This document shows, one piece after another, positions 1 through 29,128 of a stretch of DNA of 64,000 nucleotides. The translations under genes were made by a program, and so were the position numbers. The notes beneath the pieces were generated by a model. That model was not told the origin of the DNA, did no database searches, and worked only from the letters and a program-made list of their open reading frames with translations. The DNA is from Chrysomallon squamiferum (Eukaryota; Animalia; Mollusca). Each line of letters starts with the position of its first letter. The first letter of the stretch is position 1. Location: contig CM022665.1 in assembly GCA_012295275.1 (NCBI GenBank), positions 27,156,001 to 27,220,000 on the forward strand. Reading direction: 5' to 3'.

Positions 1-3000
1 TAGATTTAATGTCGGGATGTGATTAAAAAATGACCAGCATGCACATATTAATACAAAATACCAATATAAAATATCTAAGAAATCTTGCAGAAATTACTAG
101 AAAATGTTTCCAACATAAAATGTTAGCATATAAAATTTAAAGTATTTAAGTACAACTTTGAATTGGAAAAAAAATTAATAGAAAAGAAAAAATGTAAATT
201 AAAAAAGAAAAAAGTACAAACAAAAATGAATAAATAAATAATTAGTATTTAATTAAAAAGGTTAAAATTAAAGCATTTGATTCCTTGTTACATATAAAAG
301 AATATTTTGGTAGTGTAGCAAATACTATTTTGTTCAAACAGCAATTTTCTTGGTCAGTTAAGTTATGGATATGAACAAAAACAAAAATATTTTTTGAATA
401 TTATAAAGTTCATGATTTGTTTTTAACTAAATTGAAATATAAAAAAAAAAAAAAAAACCCTTCCAAGACCTGGATAATATGTTGTTGTTTTTTGTTTTAT
501 TTATTGTTTTATAATATTTAATATGTTTACAATTTCCATATATTTATTGTTTTTGTTTCCCTTTTCCATCAATTTTTTAAAAAGTATTTAAATTTTATTA
601 GCATCAGAAAAAAAGAAAAAAAGAAGAGAAAATGTCTTTTCCATTCTTTGACTTAGAAACTACACTGGAAATGATCTAAATATTTCAAAATTAAACATCA
701 CATTATTTGTTTTATTTTAAATGCAATATGGTAATAAATATGGTACAAACATGATTAAACCATTTGGTTTTCCAATGATGCAAATACATCTAGGATTTGT
801 TATTACAAAATATTATTACTTACAGCAGAATTTAGTTTTGAATAATACAATATAGCCAAATATTAAAATATAAAAATTAATTTTCACAACACAATATTTG
901 AGCATGACACAACTACTTTACAATATTTTTTTTTAATCAAAATAATATTTGTTTAACAGACTGCTTTAAGATAAGGATATTGGATAACAATAATGTTCAT
1001 ATTTAGCACAATACTAAAATAGAAATTACAAAATTGCTACAGTAAGAAAAACAGGTTAGATGACAACAGGATTATTTTTATTTTTTTAAATACAACACAG
1101 TATTTTTAAAAGTATGATAATATATTTAATATTATACAAAATAGTCTCACTTTGTGATGAAGATTTAATGACATTGGACACAATATTTAGAATAATATTT
1201 GTTCTGGAATGTTGTTAAAAATTTATTTATTCAAGTAAAGAGACATAGAAATAGGATTAAAAACTATTTTCAGATAAAGATTTGGACTTGTGATAAAATC
1301 TAAATACATTCTGGATGTTAGTCCATGTATGGCTTCATTTGTTGAGCACAGTACTAGCATAATATGGGAAACACTTCCTGATAAAAAAAATTATTTGACA
1401 CAGATGTAGTATTTAGTACAATGTGAAATAGTACAAGGGAAAAAGGAAACAAGTTTCATTTAAGGATGGTAGGTCACAACAGTACTTTGTATGTTGTTGT
1501 ATACCAAATTACGTTAAAACAACTACTTCAAGACAAAAATATTTGATAACTGTATATAGCCTTTATAGGGTAATATATATATGATAAAAAATTTAAAAAG
1601 TATAAAACAATACTATGTGTATTTTCTGATAAAGATGTTACATGTTTATATGCCTGTTTATCTGATATTGGCAGTAGTAAAATAATAATAATAATAATAA
1701 TAATAAAAATAATAATAATAATAATATTAATAATATTAATAATAATAATGATAATAATCATAAACAAAATAAATAAATAATAAAAATGTGAAAAATATTT
1801 GAATAATGTATTTGATTTTCAATATATTTTAGAAGGCTGCCTGTGTTTGGTTATTAAATATACATGTATATAATATTTTCAACTTTCAGAAATCATATAA
1901 AATGTGTATAAAAGATAAAAAGATTTCTATTTAAAAAAAAAAAAAAAAAAAATTGTTTTACCTCTGTGGTTTCTATTAAGGATGAGTCTAATATCTGGTT
2001 AGATCATTATAAAGTTGATGAATCAATTTGAATATTAAATAACTTACTATTATTAATGTCTGGAAAGACAATGAACCATCAATTTGCATCCTAAATATAT
2101 TTAAAGCAATCAAAATACATTGTTTATAATAAGTTAATGGTAACAACATTTACAATGCCTGTATCAAAGATAAAACAAACAATTTTTAGGTTAAATATTT
2201 TCCTGATATAAGCTTAATAAGAAAGTTTTAAACAAAATTTTAATGTTACATTATTGCAATAATAATGAATAACAGAAATATAAAGCTTACTTTAGCACTA
2301 CTAATATAGTAATGAGTTAAAGTAAACTATTCAACAACAACAACTAAATTTTTACTACCAATATTAAATGTATTCAGGTGTCCATAAACTAATATGTATT
2401 CACTGAATTGAAAATTTTATAAATTAAAAAAACACATATCTTGAAAACATTTACATTTTTCCTTTCAAATTTACAGATTAAAAGATGATTATTATAATTA
2501 AATATATATAAATTGTGCTTTCAGTACCCCTGAAGCAAAGAGAGTGTTTGTTAAAAAATGAATACAAAGGGTAGAAAAGATTGGAAATAACAGTAAAAAA
2601 AATATAATTATGTTATTTCTTTACAAAGAAGCCATGCCACAGAATGCAGTTATGTTCATCTCATACAGGTATCAGTGAAATACTACAAATAATAGCTATA
2701 CCACCACTTACAAATAGGGTAAAAAAAAGGGTAAGTATATTTAAATATTAACCAATGACTGTGAATTATCACAAAAGAAATTATGTCATTATCCTAACTA
2801 AATGTGTGTACAATTTATATTCCATGACTTCACATTATAACACACATTTTAACCAAATGGCAGTTACGATAAATATGGAAAAGCTCTATACATCTTTATA
2901 TTTTCACAGCCAATATATATAGTTTATTGACATTTCAATATTGTAGAATATTGATTTACAAATAAATCTAAATTAACACTAAAGACATGATACAAAGTTC

Positions 3001-5219
3001 AGTTTTCAATAATTAAAAATTAAAAATTAAAATATATAAATAAATAAATAATAACAATAATATTAATAATAATGATAATAACGATAATAATAATATATAA
3101 ATAATAATAACAATAACAATAAACATAATAAACTAAATAATTAAAAAAGAAAGACAATCCAATCCCCTGAAGTAAAACAACAAAAAAAAAAAAAAAAAAA
3201 ATGAAAAACCAAGAAGCAACAGCACACAAGCACTTATGTAACACCCAAACACAACAGTAAATTTTTGTTTTCTTTCATGGAATGAGAAAGTTTTTCATTT
3301 TACAAAATACATACATTTCTAAATTTTATATCAGATAAATATTTTAAACACAATTACAGAAAGCCACAGGAATAATTTTGTTAATTATTAAGTTTTAATT
3401 TTAAATTTAATCTAATCATGACAAGTTAGCACCATATGTTAATGCTACTTACAGATGTTAATGGATATTTGTATAATGTGCATTTGTGTGATTGGCAGTT
3501 ATATATAAAATATCATAATATTTTTTTTTTTAAATTAAAAAAAAAACCCTCCAACAATCCCCTCCCAACAACACTAAGGCTGATTGGTGATACATCTACA
3601 TTTGTAAAAACTATTATCTTTTTTATTCAGAGTGTCAGATACGAATGTGCAAGTTTTTATTTACACACAGACACATACACATGCACATATATGCTTACAC
3701 AAACTTAAACACAGAAAGCTATTCTCTATTCTAATTTTAAATCTTTATGCAAATTATGTATTGATGACTAGGCATCTTATAGGAACTGACATTATAAAGT
3801 AGGTTATCTAAATTAAAATATTAACAAATTTCTAAAAACTAAAAAGTCATATAATCATTATCAGCTTCAGCATTTTCAGGTGCACACTAAGCATATAAAT
3901 ATTTCTGTGGATGTGCATTATAGCAGCTGTAATTCAAGACATAAAATATTCTGGGTATGTTTGGTGGCATGCTTTAGTAGCATATTTTATCAGCCTTAGA
4001 GTTTATTTTTTCTAAAAAAAAAAAAAAAACTCACCTTTGTGACAATATAGTTAAAACATTAAATATTAAAAAGGAAAATAATTTGACTTAATCTTATCTT
4101 CTTTCTCACTTTTAAATAAATAAATAAATAAATAAAAATGTATTTGTGAAATGTTTGAAAAGCAATATACTTAATTTTTAAATTACTAAAAAAATAAATA
4201 TTCAAATTTGTTTCTTTTTTCTTAAAAGTGGAATGTGCTTTTGCCACCAAAAATTTCACTTCAAACTTATAAAAAAAGTATTCAGAAAAAATAACTGCAT
4301 ATGCTTAACATTTTAATGGAATGTTCAAATGCCAAAACACTGATTTCAATAGAAAAAGCAATGCTGTTGTCAGTATGCTGATTCAAATCAAGCTTAATTA
4401 ATAATAATAATTAAAAATTTTTTTTTAAAAAAATTAAAAATCTATAAAATCCTAATATGATTATTAATTTGATGATAAACATTCACTGAAAACACATCAA
4501 TATAAAATATATATTCCAGAGAAAGGCATAAAAAAGAAAGAAAGCAAAACAAAAATATGAATTGAAATGCTACAACTACATCTACATCTACTACTATAAC
4601 TATTCTTACTATTGTCTGTTATGAAAATTATTAATTTGTTCTAATAACTGGCTATAGATTTTTGGTGATATTATACCGGATGGATTTATTTAGATACTGT
4701 TTCATGATCATTCAAATAAAAATTATAATTTACAGTAGACAAAATTTTACAGAAATTGAAAGAAAAAATATATTTAATATAAACAATCTTATTTTTATAT
4801 AAAACATCCTACCAATTAATTTTTTTGGTAGGTCAGCAATTTTGGCTGAGATGTTATGGTACAGGACCATCAAGGTAATTGTACACATGAATATTTCTCA
4901 ACATCTCTTTGTATTTGATAAGGAAACTCGTAATTTACATTTGTTTTTGTGTCCAAAATGTGAAAAGATGAATATTTCTTAACACTGGACAAATACAATT
5001 TTGTCATTATGCTTTTATTTTTTTTTATTATTATGAGATGATGGACATCTCATGCTAGTTGACAAACAAAATTTTGTCATTTATCTTTCATTTTTATTCT
5101 TTTCAAAAGTGATATCAAAAGATGAACAAAAAGTTCATCACCACCATCTCTGGTAGATATACATGTAAATACACTATCAATGGATTAATCTTTGTTCAAA
5201 TTAAATAAAAGTTTAAAAT

Positions 5220-5500
5220 CTATATGGCTCCACCAGCCGGTCCAGATCGTTGAGGAGGGGAAGCAACTCTGCCAGCAGGGAGACTGGAACTCACAAAAGA
5301 TCCATAAGTAATCCGAGGAACCATTCTAGCCAGTCCTGCCTGACTGGAAATCCTTCGAGGAGTTCCCTGTGGTGTACTTCTAGCACTGCCATAGTTCACA
5401 GAATTAGCACTACTGATGTCATAGGGACTAGAAAATACATAACTTATTTTATCATATAAATGAATACATTTGTGTACACATACATAAACACTATGTGTGG

Positions 5501-5533
<33 letters not shown>

Positions 5534-5936
5534 TGCACATGTTTACGTTTATATGTATGGTTGGTTTTGTGACTGTTAATAAATTCAAATTTCTAGTGCA
5601 CATATTTCACTATGGATAAAAAAAAAACACTGATCTATATTTGGTTTATTAAGAGAACATACTAACCTGGCAGAATGTGATACTGACTGAGAAAGATCAT
5701 CTTCACTGTCATATCGGCGAGGGTTATCAAAAAAAAACACTTTTGAACTGTGGCTGTGTGAAGACAAATCAGTAAGGGACTGAAATAAATTGAAAGAAAA
5801 AAGTATTTCAACTCGTTCAGAATATTTAAATAAATAAATATCTTAGTTTTTTAAAATTACATTTATCTTAGTGTAGTTGGTTGATGGTCTATAAAAATGT
5901 ATAAAATGATCCAGTTAAGACAAACCAGAACAACAA

Positions 5937-6011
<75 letters not shown>

Positions 6012-9000
6012 ATAATAAAATAATATAAAAATAATAATAATAGTAATAGAAACAAAATTACCACAGAAGAATTAATTGCTCTTTTAACTCTGAAGAATAA
6101 AACAACAACAAATGTAGGCAGAACCTCCCAAACAAACAAAACAATACCAAATGAGATGTAGGCATAACCTCCTTGTAGATTTGTAATATCAGCCTGAAAA
6201 ACAGAAATTTTTGTTTTAATAATGAATACATCAATCTGCTTTTTATCTTAAGAAAATTAAATTGTTAATCTAATTAATTTAACTTATTCTCATTTATTAA
6301 CCAATTCAAGTGACGTTTCTTTATAAAAAAAACAACATTTAGTGATACTATCAGTTATATATGAAATGATTATAAATATATTTCAAATACATGTTCTGCA
6401 ATGGTTCAAGCTATATGTTAAAGTCTAAAATTTGCATTTTTCTTTTTATGGGAAGATAAATGTAAAAAAATAGCAAAAAATACAAATATCCACATATTTC
6501 TTTTTGAGGATTTCTTTACAATATTTATTTTATTTGACATCTAATACCCACAAATAAAAAATATATTGAAGTGTTATTAAATAAATTTAATTAGGCTTGT
6601 TCAGAATTTCTAGTAGTAGACATATATTTTACCTGATCAGACACATTGACCCAGTCATATCCAAAGCCTGGCATGTGTGACTTAACAGAGGGATATATAG
6701 ATATAAAGTTGTATACTGCTCTCGAAGTAAACAGTAATAAAATCACAACACAAGCAGTAATAGCCTGACACATTGTAGTCCCCTGAAAATTAAATTACTA
6801 AGTAGTTTTATATCTACATCTATATGTCCATATCTACATATTTATATTTATATTTACATATAGATCTAGATATATATATATATAAACACCAAAATATCAT
6901 AGGAAGTTTATCTCAGTAATCAGTAAAATTAACCATGCTATAATGCTTATTTCAAAAGTAACTGCAATTTTGTATGTAAACACAATTTAAAGCAGATTCA
7001 CAAAACATGAATTGCACTTATAATGATAAGAATTTGTGACATAATTAAGTTGAAACCATACATTAAAAAAATTATAATATTTTATATATGTAAATAAATA
7101 TAAACAAACAGCCCATTTAATATTAAAAGTATTTTGAGAAGGGACCATAAATATTGTAATTTCACAATGGAAATCAGAATATTAAAATAAACTATTAAAA
7201 GAAAAAATTAGAATAAATAAATAAATAAAAAATATGTAGCTCAACAACAGGAAAAAGGTGTTCATGTTACCTTTGCTTCCAGTACCAAGCTGGATGATGT
7301 CAGCTTAGACATCTTGTATATGCAGAAAGACAAAAGAATTCCAAAAATCACAAACAAAGTGTCGTTTATAGCGATACGCACATACAACAGTTCCATGGGG
7401 ATCGAGTTAAAATCTTTTTCATGACGTTTCACAATCATTGCGCACACAATGTTCGATATCAGGAAGACAATGATAGCAACAATGACCAATATCCGCAGGG
7501 GTCGTCTGTGGAAGCACAATTGTTAATGATATTATAAATATAAATTTGAAAAAAAAGTATTATTTACAGACGGAATTTAGAAAGGAATTTTTTAACATGT
7601 TGTAGATGTTATAATTTAACCACAGAGTTATTAGTCATTAAAATATTTAACTGATTTTAAAGAAATATATATAATATCCATTAATCCCAAGAAAACAAAA
7701 AAGGATATATAACCAATGGTATGTTAAATTGTTAAATTGTTAAAAGGTGTTAGGGAAAAAAAATAATCTTAGTTGCTGGGTACCCTCAAGGACCTGTTAT
7801 ATAATTGTGATACTTTATAACAAGCAAAGGTTGACAATAGTAGGCCATTAATAAAGAATATCTTGTCAATACATAAAAAATATTAGGCTATTGTTCATCT
7901 GTCATAGATGCAGATTAAATAAAATGTATCTAACCAATGAATGACTGAAGTTTAAGAAACAGGGTATAGTCTAAGATAATCATCAGATTATAAGAAGTCA
8001 GTTAATTATTAATAAGAATAGTTTCCCAACTGGAAACATTAAATATAATTAATTATCTAATAAAGTATTTGGAACTTAAATAAATAAATAAATAAATACA
8101 CACACACATCTTAGGAAAAAACATGATATAATTAATAACATATTTTAATAGTAAAAGTTAACTAAGAACAGATCTTACTTGAATTTACTTGGTTCATACT
8201 TTGCTCTGGCTTTAAAAATAACCTGAAAATTGAAATAATAATAATAGTAACAACAACAATAACAGAAGCAACAACAATAAAACTACAACAATAATGATGA
8301 TGATGATTAATGATTATAATAAAAATATAAAAAATAATGATGTTAATGTAAATGTTTTTTTTTACGATGATAATATTAATATATATATATAAAAAATTAT
8401 TCATAAAATAAAAATAATAAAATATTAAAACCTAAATTGAAATAAAATGAGAATGAACTTTTAGAACAATTATTGATTAATTCTAAAACAATGGACACCA
8501 TCATGTAACAATTTCTGTTTTCATATTTACATACACTACGTGTACTTAAAATATTTATTATCTGAACTTTTCACATCTGCTACATTAATAATAAACAACA
8601 TTTGGCACTCAGTCAATGACAATATAACAAACATTTTTGCTTTGTTACGGGGATGACTGCGATGTCAATCAATGAACGCTGTGATATCTATCAGTATCAT
8701 GTGAAAATGAGAAGCAGGTTATTAGTAGGCCACTGGCCTCTTTTTCTCCACTGACTGATAAATGCCCCTAGGTTAACACACACACATACAAAGTACATGT
8801 AAATATAAATATCTTTAAACATATTTTGTTTCATTGTTCTTTCTGTGGGCTTTTCTATGGAAAGATGCATGTAGACAGAAAAGCCAGTGCCTTGGTTATG
8901 GTGCAATGGTTGGAACTGAAAACAGTCCACTGGGTGCATCAAGGAGGATTGATCATTTGATCTTTTACACTTATGATGTGCACTCTAACCACTGAGTTAA

Positions 9001-10798
9001 AACAAAAAACAACAATAACTGTTCTAATAGGTCATTCTCATTATTTAGGCTTTATTTTACAGTCAAAACTTTACAATTTTTTTATTTTGTTTTATGAAAA
9101 TGTTTGAATTGTATTACCATCATCATCAACAAAAACAATATTGCCAATAATATACTTTTAATATTGTTAATACAATCATTATCACACACATACATACACA
9201 TATATTTATTTTATTACGTAATAAAATTTTCTACATGCAATTCCCATAAATGCATAATAATAAAATGTGCTGAGGGATTATTAAACAAATATTCATATAC
9301 AAGCCATCAGATAACAGTACAGGTACCTAACCATGTATCATGCTTCCAGAAACTGTGAAAATCCACAAAACTGACATTTAAAAAAAAAAAAAAAAATTAA
9401 ATTAGGCAGGTCTTGTTTTAGTTTCCATGATGCCAATTCAAGTGAGAGTGTTGCTGTGTAGATGTGATCCTATCACAATGAATTATTATTTATTTCAGTT
9501 TATACTCACTTGTATTGATTATCATGGCTAAAAGATTGGAAGAAATGCAACTGATTAATGAAAATTGAATTCTATATTCTACAACAAATCAAGAAATCTG
9601 GATTGCCTCTGGTCCCATCCTTGCTGGATAACAGAACTGAGTACGTGTATATCTATCATTTAATGATTATTATTCTTTGATTCAAATGAAGAAATGTCCT
9701 GTAATCATTGTTTGGCTATTTACACAGAAATTTATGTCTTAAAACATTCATTGTCTAGCAACACAGGAATCTGGCTACTTAACAGGGATATCATGATGCT
9801 GTATGTTGCTACTAATTGGAGAAAACCATTTACCATTAACAATGTCCGCGAACTTGGTCCAGCAATTTAACCTTGAGTGACTTGTAATCATCTTTTAGAT
9901 ATTAAAGATAAACAGGCTCTTAAGTTTAAAGTTCATTAGTAATTAATGCTCTCTGCATTAACTAGGCATTCAAATAAACTTAATATTTGTTCGAAAAAGT
10001 AAAACAGAAAGTGTTTTTAGTGGAAGCTGATACTGCTAATAGAAAGTATCTAATTTTATCCTGAAGAAAAATAACTAGAAATAATTAATTGTTTAGACCT
10101 AGTTTCACTGTTTTATCCTGTTTATATTATATTGACAGAAATTTCATACAATATCTTAATTTTTTTGTTGTTTTTTTTAAATTTTAAATTTGTATATTCC
10201 ATCTTTGAATTAGTTTGAGCACAGCTTGGATACAGTTTTGAAAAAAATAAATTAATAAGAAAAGAAAAGAAAAAAGTAGAGCAGAGCAGAATAGGATGGA
10301 ATAATAAGTATGCAACTGGGAATTTTTGGTATATTATCATTTTATTACTCACTGAATTATCTGATTTGAAATATTAATATCAATAGTGTATAGGTACCAG
10401 ATTTCACAACAAAGAAAGAAGACAGATTTCATAACAGTGAAAGAGAAAATATATCAACATCTTACAAAGAAATATTACCAATTAGCAGAAGTTAAACAAC
10501 CTATTATGTATCTTTACATGAATGAGTCTTGAGGTAATGGTCTGAATGAAATTGTCCTAAAATGCAGTAAGAGGAGGATGCATGTGCTATCTTGATATGG
10601 CATTTGTCAAATAATTTTAAGGCTGACACAGTTTTTCATCTGGTATTCAGGAACCTTAAATATTCAAGTTTCCATTCTTAACCAAAGGTTTTAATAAACT
10701 GTCAAAAATGGAATAACAACACAATCTTTGACAATGAGCAGTCCATCAGGTCAATATTTTAACTATTTTTGCTGGGAACAGACTTTTCTTTTCAGCTC

Positions 10799-10853
<55 letters not shown>

Positions 10854-11330
10854 TAATGATAATGGTACATTATAAATAATACTCACCTGAGCAAAAAACA
10901 ACACTAACAAACACAATGTAGTGAATTGAAGACAAACTGGAAACCCGTATAAAATCCAGTATACAGGCCAAGGTAAGTCGTTTGCCAAATCACAGTTATT
11001 GAAGTAAAAAGAGAACAAGGAAACTCTAAGTCCAGAAAACAACAAGCACAGAAACAAAAAAACCGTTTGGTAACTGAGTCTTTTGTGTCTGTAGTACCAA
11101 ATCATCCATAGCTGGACGTACACTATTAAAAACAACAATGTGTACAATGATATATATACAATAGTTAAACTCAGTTCAACACTTGGGGATATCGAAGGTT
11201 TCAGGCTGGGGAATGTCGACTGAATACCATGGCTGTCTTGCAACACGGATTTGTCATCAGCTGATGGATTATTTGCATGCAATAGCAACACATCAGAATA
11301 CAAAATAGCCAGTCTTTTTGAAACCCCCAT
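5220..11330 (-). CDS. GPR137: GPR137-family (TM7SF1/GPR137B-like) lysosomal 7TM integral membrane protein, 7 coding exons, 441 aa
   Basis: Exons 11330-10887, 8222-8179, 7505-7271, 6782-6633, 6193-6062, 5779-5667, 5427-5220. All are GT-AG with consistent phases (1326 nt). Family-typical segments: [72 protein letters not shown]. Confidence 0.93.
8846..8999 (-). mobile_element. Degenerate tRNA-derived SINE (head plus part of body) in GPR137 intron 1
   Basis: Minus strand reads TAACTCAGTGGTTAGAG (A-box-like), then GATCAATCC (B-box-like), then GTTCCAACCATTGCACCA, resembling the body of molluscan tRNA-SINEs as I recall them. It cannot form a complete cloverleaf. Confidence 0.55.
10799..10852. repeat. 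(AAT)n microsatellite
   Basis: Pure AAT run. It causes the poly-Tyr tail of ORF 10797..11330, which lies past the real donor at 10886. Confidence 0.95.
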
Positions 11331-11796
11331 TGTCCGTTCGCCACATTCGATGAAATAATTATATTCAACTTTTCATTTTCATATTATGCAGATAAATCCT
11401 TCGTGCGCAAGGTCCGCCCTCGGATACGGAAGCAGCTGATTTTGTTTATTAGACCTTGACCTTTAACCAGGTGCAGGATAGACACATTTTTTAAAAATAT
11501 TTTATTTAAATTGACTTCAGAAACAATAACAATATTATTGTAATTAAAATAATCTTATCAATAATTTCTTCCAAGGTAACTTTTTTTTTTTTTAAATTAG
11601 GTTATTATATTTTTATGCGGGACAGTAATGTGGATGCGCCCATGCAACTTTGTATTTCCTCGCAATTTCATCATAACATATTCATTTTTTTGGACGAATT
11701 TTGTTAGTCCGGTTTATCAGATCGAGACAGCTTTGATAAATGTACATTATGTAATAGAGCATCGTAATTAGAGAAGGTGTCATCTTTATTATAACT
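11331..11796. promoter_or_regulatory. Bidirectional promoter region shared by GPR137 and IARS2
   Basis: Divergent ATGs 466 bp apart, with local CpG retention. Motifs: ETS-like CGGAAG (11428), E-box CAGCTG (11434), GACCTTGACCTTTAACC direct repeat (11452). Confidence 0.65.
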
Positions 11797-26361
<14,565 letters not shown>

Positions 26362-27418
26362 GAACTTTTGAGAATAATTTCAACTTATCATTAAATGAAC
26401 TGGATATCTGTTTAAAAGATTTATTTCAAGATAACTGAATTTAGCAGGATGTTTACAGGCTGAAATGTGATTCAGACTAATCATTTTCAATATCAGATAT
26501 GAATGGCAAAGCTGGTTTTCAACCATTAAGAAATTCCTTCTTAGATGTATAAATCAAAACTTGCTTGGTTAAAGTAAAAAAGTATTAATGTTTTCAGAAA
26601 TTTAATATTTCTTGAGCTACAAAATTGTTGACAGTATTTTTTTTATTTCCCATATGGATTTTGTTAGCATCAGTTGATATCGCTTGTTGAATATTGGAAC
26701 ATTTTATTTTTATGCTTATACAATTATATAACTGTTAATGTTTTTTAATAAATAGCTTACATGAAAAACTGTTATTTCTGCATTCCTTAATGTAGCATGT
26801 TAGAAATACAGTGTTTAATTAGTTACATATCTCTATATATGCTATGGATATATTGTACAGTAACCATATTATATTTCTGTTAAAACTGGACAAGAAGATA
26901 ACAGTTGCATTCTAAAGCTGGTAAAAACCTTTTGGGCTCTTTATTTTGAATTGGACAGATAACTGTCTGCCCCAAAGGACCTACTTCAGATTAAATTACC
27001 AGCCTTGAAAAAATATTTTTATACCCAGTGTGAGGTGGTTATTTTGAATCTTGGAATCACAGGTTATAAGAACCAGATTTAATGTTTATTAATTTTTTTT
27101 TTTTTTTTTTTCAATCTGGTCATGCAGTCTGATGTTATTACCTTTGTTAACAAACACACAACTGTTGAAATGTTGCATTATTATTTATTTCATTCTGTAA
27201 CAGCTGTTCAAAACAAATAAAAATAAAGTCTGTGGTTACAGTGCCATTTACTTGTATGACTCTGTGAGTTTAATTCCATAACCATTTTATAAATGCAGAT
27301 AGTTGTGAAATAATTAACATTAATATATAATTATTTATGTTTATACATTTTCTATATTTAATCTGATGAAGTTGTGTAAATTAACTGTTAATTTTCTAAT
27401 TACATTTCAGTTTTGAAT

Positions 27419-27449
<31 letters not shown>

Positions 27450-27710
27450 AATGTAATTATGCACAATTACCATTATATAAAGACATTTATAGTTTATTGT
27501 TTTTTTGTTGTCTTTTTTGATACACATAGGATTATTAAAAAAAAAAAAAAATAAATAAATAAAGAAGAAATGCTGAAATAAATGTTTTTTATAATGTTCA
27601 AAATTGTAAATCAATAATAATTTAAGAAGTTTTATTTGTATTCAAACTGTTTAAATTAATATAAAATAAGATTTAAAAAATGTATTCATATACAACTAGT
27701 CTCCTCTGCC

Positions 27711-27765
27711 TGAGCCACTTTTTGATTAGCAGCAAGGATCTTTTATGTGCTCCTTACCTCAGACA
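27711..27765 (-). mobile_element. SINE central-domain fragment (Meta/MESC-like) between the IARS2 and RAB3GAP2 3' ends
   Basis: Minus strand TGTCTGAGGTAAGGAGCACATAAAAGATCCTTGCTGCTAATCAAAAAG matches the ATAAAAGATCC(C)TTGCTGCTAATC core that I recall from molluscan SINEs. Confidence 0.55.
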
Positions 27766-29096
27766 TTTTAATAAATCAGTTACTGACATTAACTGGAAGT
27801 AAGATCCTGCAGCCCTTAACAAATCATCCAAATACACTGAACTTCAACCTGGCAAACTAACAACTGATGCTGAGTAAGTAGTTTTAATTCATGAAATTTG
27901 TATTTTATTTGCCTCAAAAAGAACAATACAAACAAAGTAAATAATAACAAATCTTTGCTAACACTAAAAGTAAGATATGTATCAATGAAATTCATGTGGT
28001 TACTGTTTTCAAATTTTATCTCACAACTGAAAAGGGTTGAATTCACAACATTAATATTCATGTATGTAAATTCTTAAACTAGGACATTAAAATATATAAA
28101 ATAGAACAAAACCAATCAAAACAATCTGTTTTAATTTAAAACTTTTTAAAAATGAATTCTTAAATAATTTAACTAAATTATGGCTGAGTGTGGTATGTGT
28201 TGTAGCACAGGATAACCAGTCAGATGTCACACAATGTAATGTTGAGTTACAGCCTATTAATGCAGTCCAGTGCATCAATAGATCAGTTTTGTTTTTCACC
28301 ATAAATAGTTTTGAAAACATCTCGATTTTCATGTTTATACATGTGTTTTACTGAAATCAGTCCATAAAACATGTTCTTTGTGTAATCTGTCAAAATCTTA
28401 ATTAACTAAATTATGCTAAAATTATGCACACTTATTTTGCCAAGATTCATCTAAAATCTCTGACATCATACAACCATGCATTGCATATCACAGATATGCA
28501 GAATGTGGTTTATTTTATTCCATTGAAACCGGATTTTTTTATCATTTTCACCATGTGACAGGTTATCCTACGCCACCGCACATTTACATTTCTTATTTTG
28601 TAAATACATTTTTAAATGTAAAAAAAAAGAAAAAAAATTTGCATCTTTGAAATTTATTTAAATATTAAGCTTTCATTACTGACAATTTATAAATAATAAT
28701 TCAACAACATTAATTTCCTTATATAATTGCAACTTTCAGAAAAAAAGAGAAAAAAACAGTAGCCAAATTATTATATGTTACATAGACATATTAATAAACT
28801 TAGGTAACAACTAAATAATAATCGTAAAGGCAAAACATAGACTCATGTCAGTTAACATGTTTCTGTGGTTGTCTGGAATTAAAAGGAAAAATAATTCATG
28901 CAAAACCATTACTTCTGCTTGCTGACTAGGTATCATTAAAAGCATTAATATTGCCACTTTATTTCTCTGTCACTCCATATTTATGAGAAGTAATCTTTTA
29001 CCCTATGAAACTACACTATAACCTCAAACCACATTTTCATATTTCATATAATGAAGATATTAAAAATAAATGATTCCAAATCATTTAAGTACAAAA

Positions 29097-29128
<32 letters not shown>

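Noticed and set aside
1528-4259. Short ORFs with poly-Ile/Tyr/Phe content
   Set aside because: Translations of AAT/ATT microsatellites and poly-T runs, with no splice-consistent exons.
8930-8999. tRNA gene (A-box-like TAACTCAGTGGTTAGAG)
   Set aside because: No acceptor stem or intact T-arm, and it continues into SINE-like body sequence.
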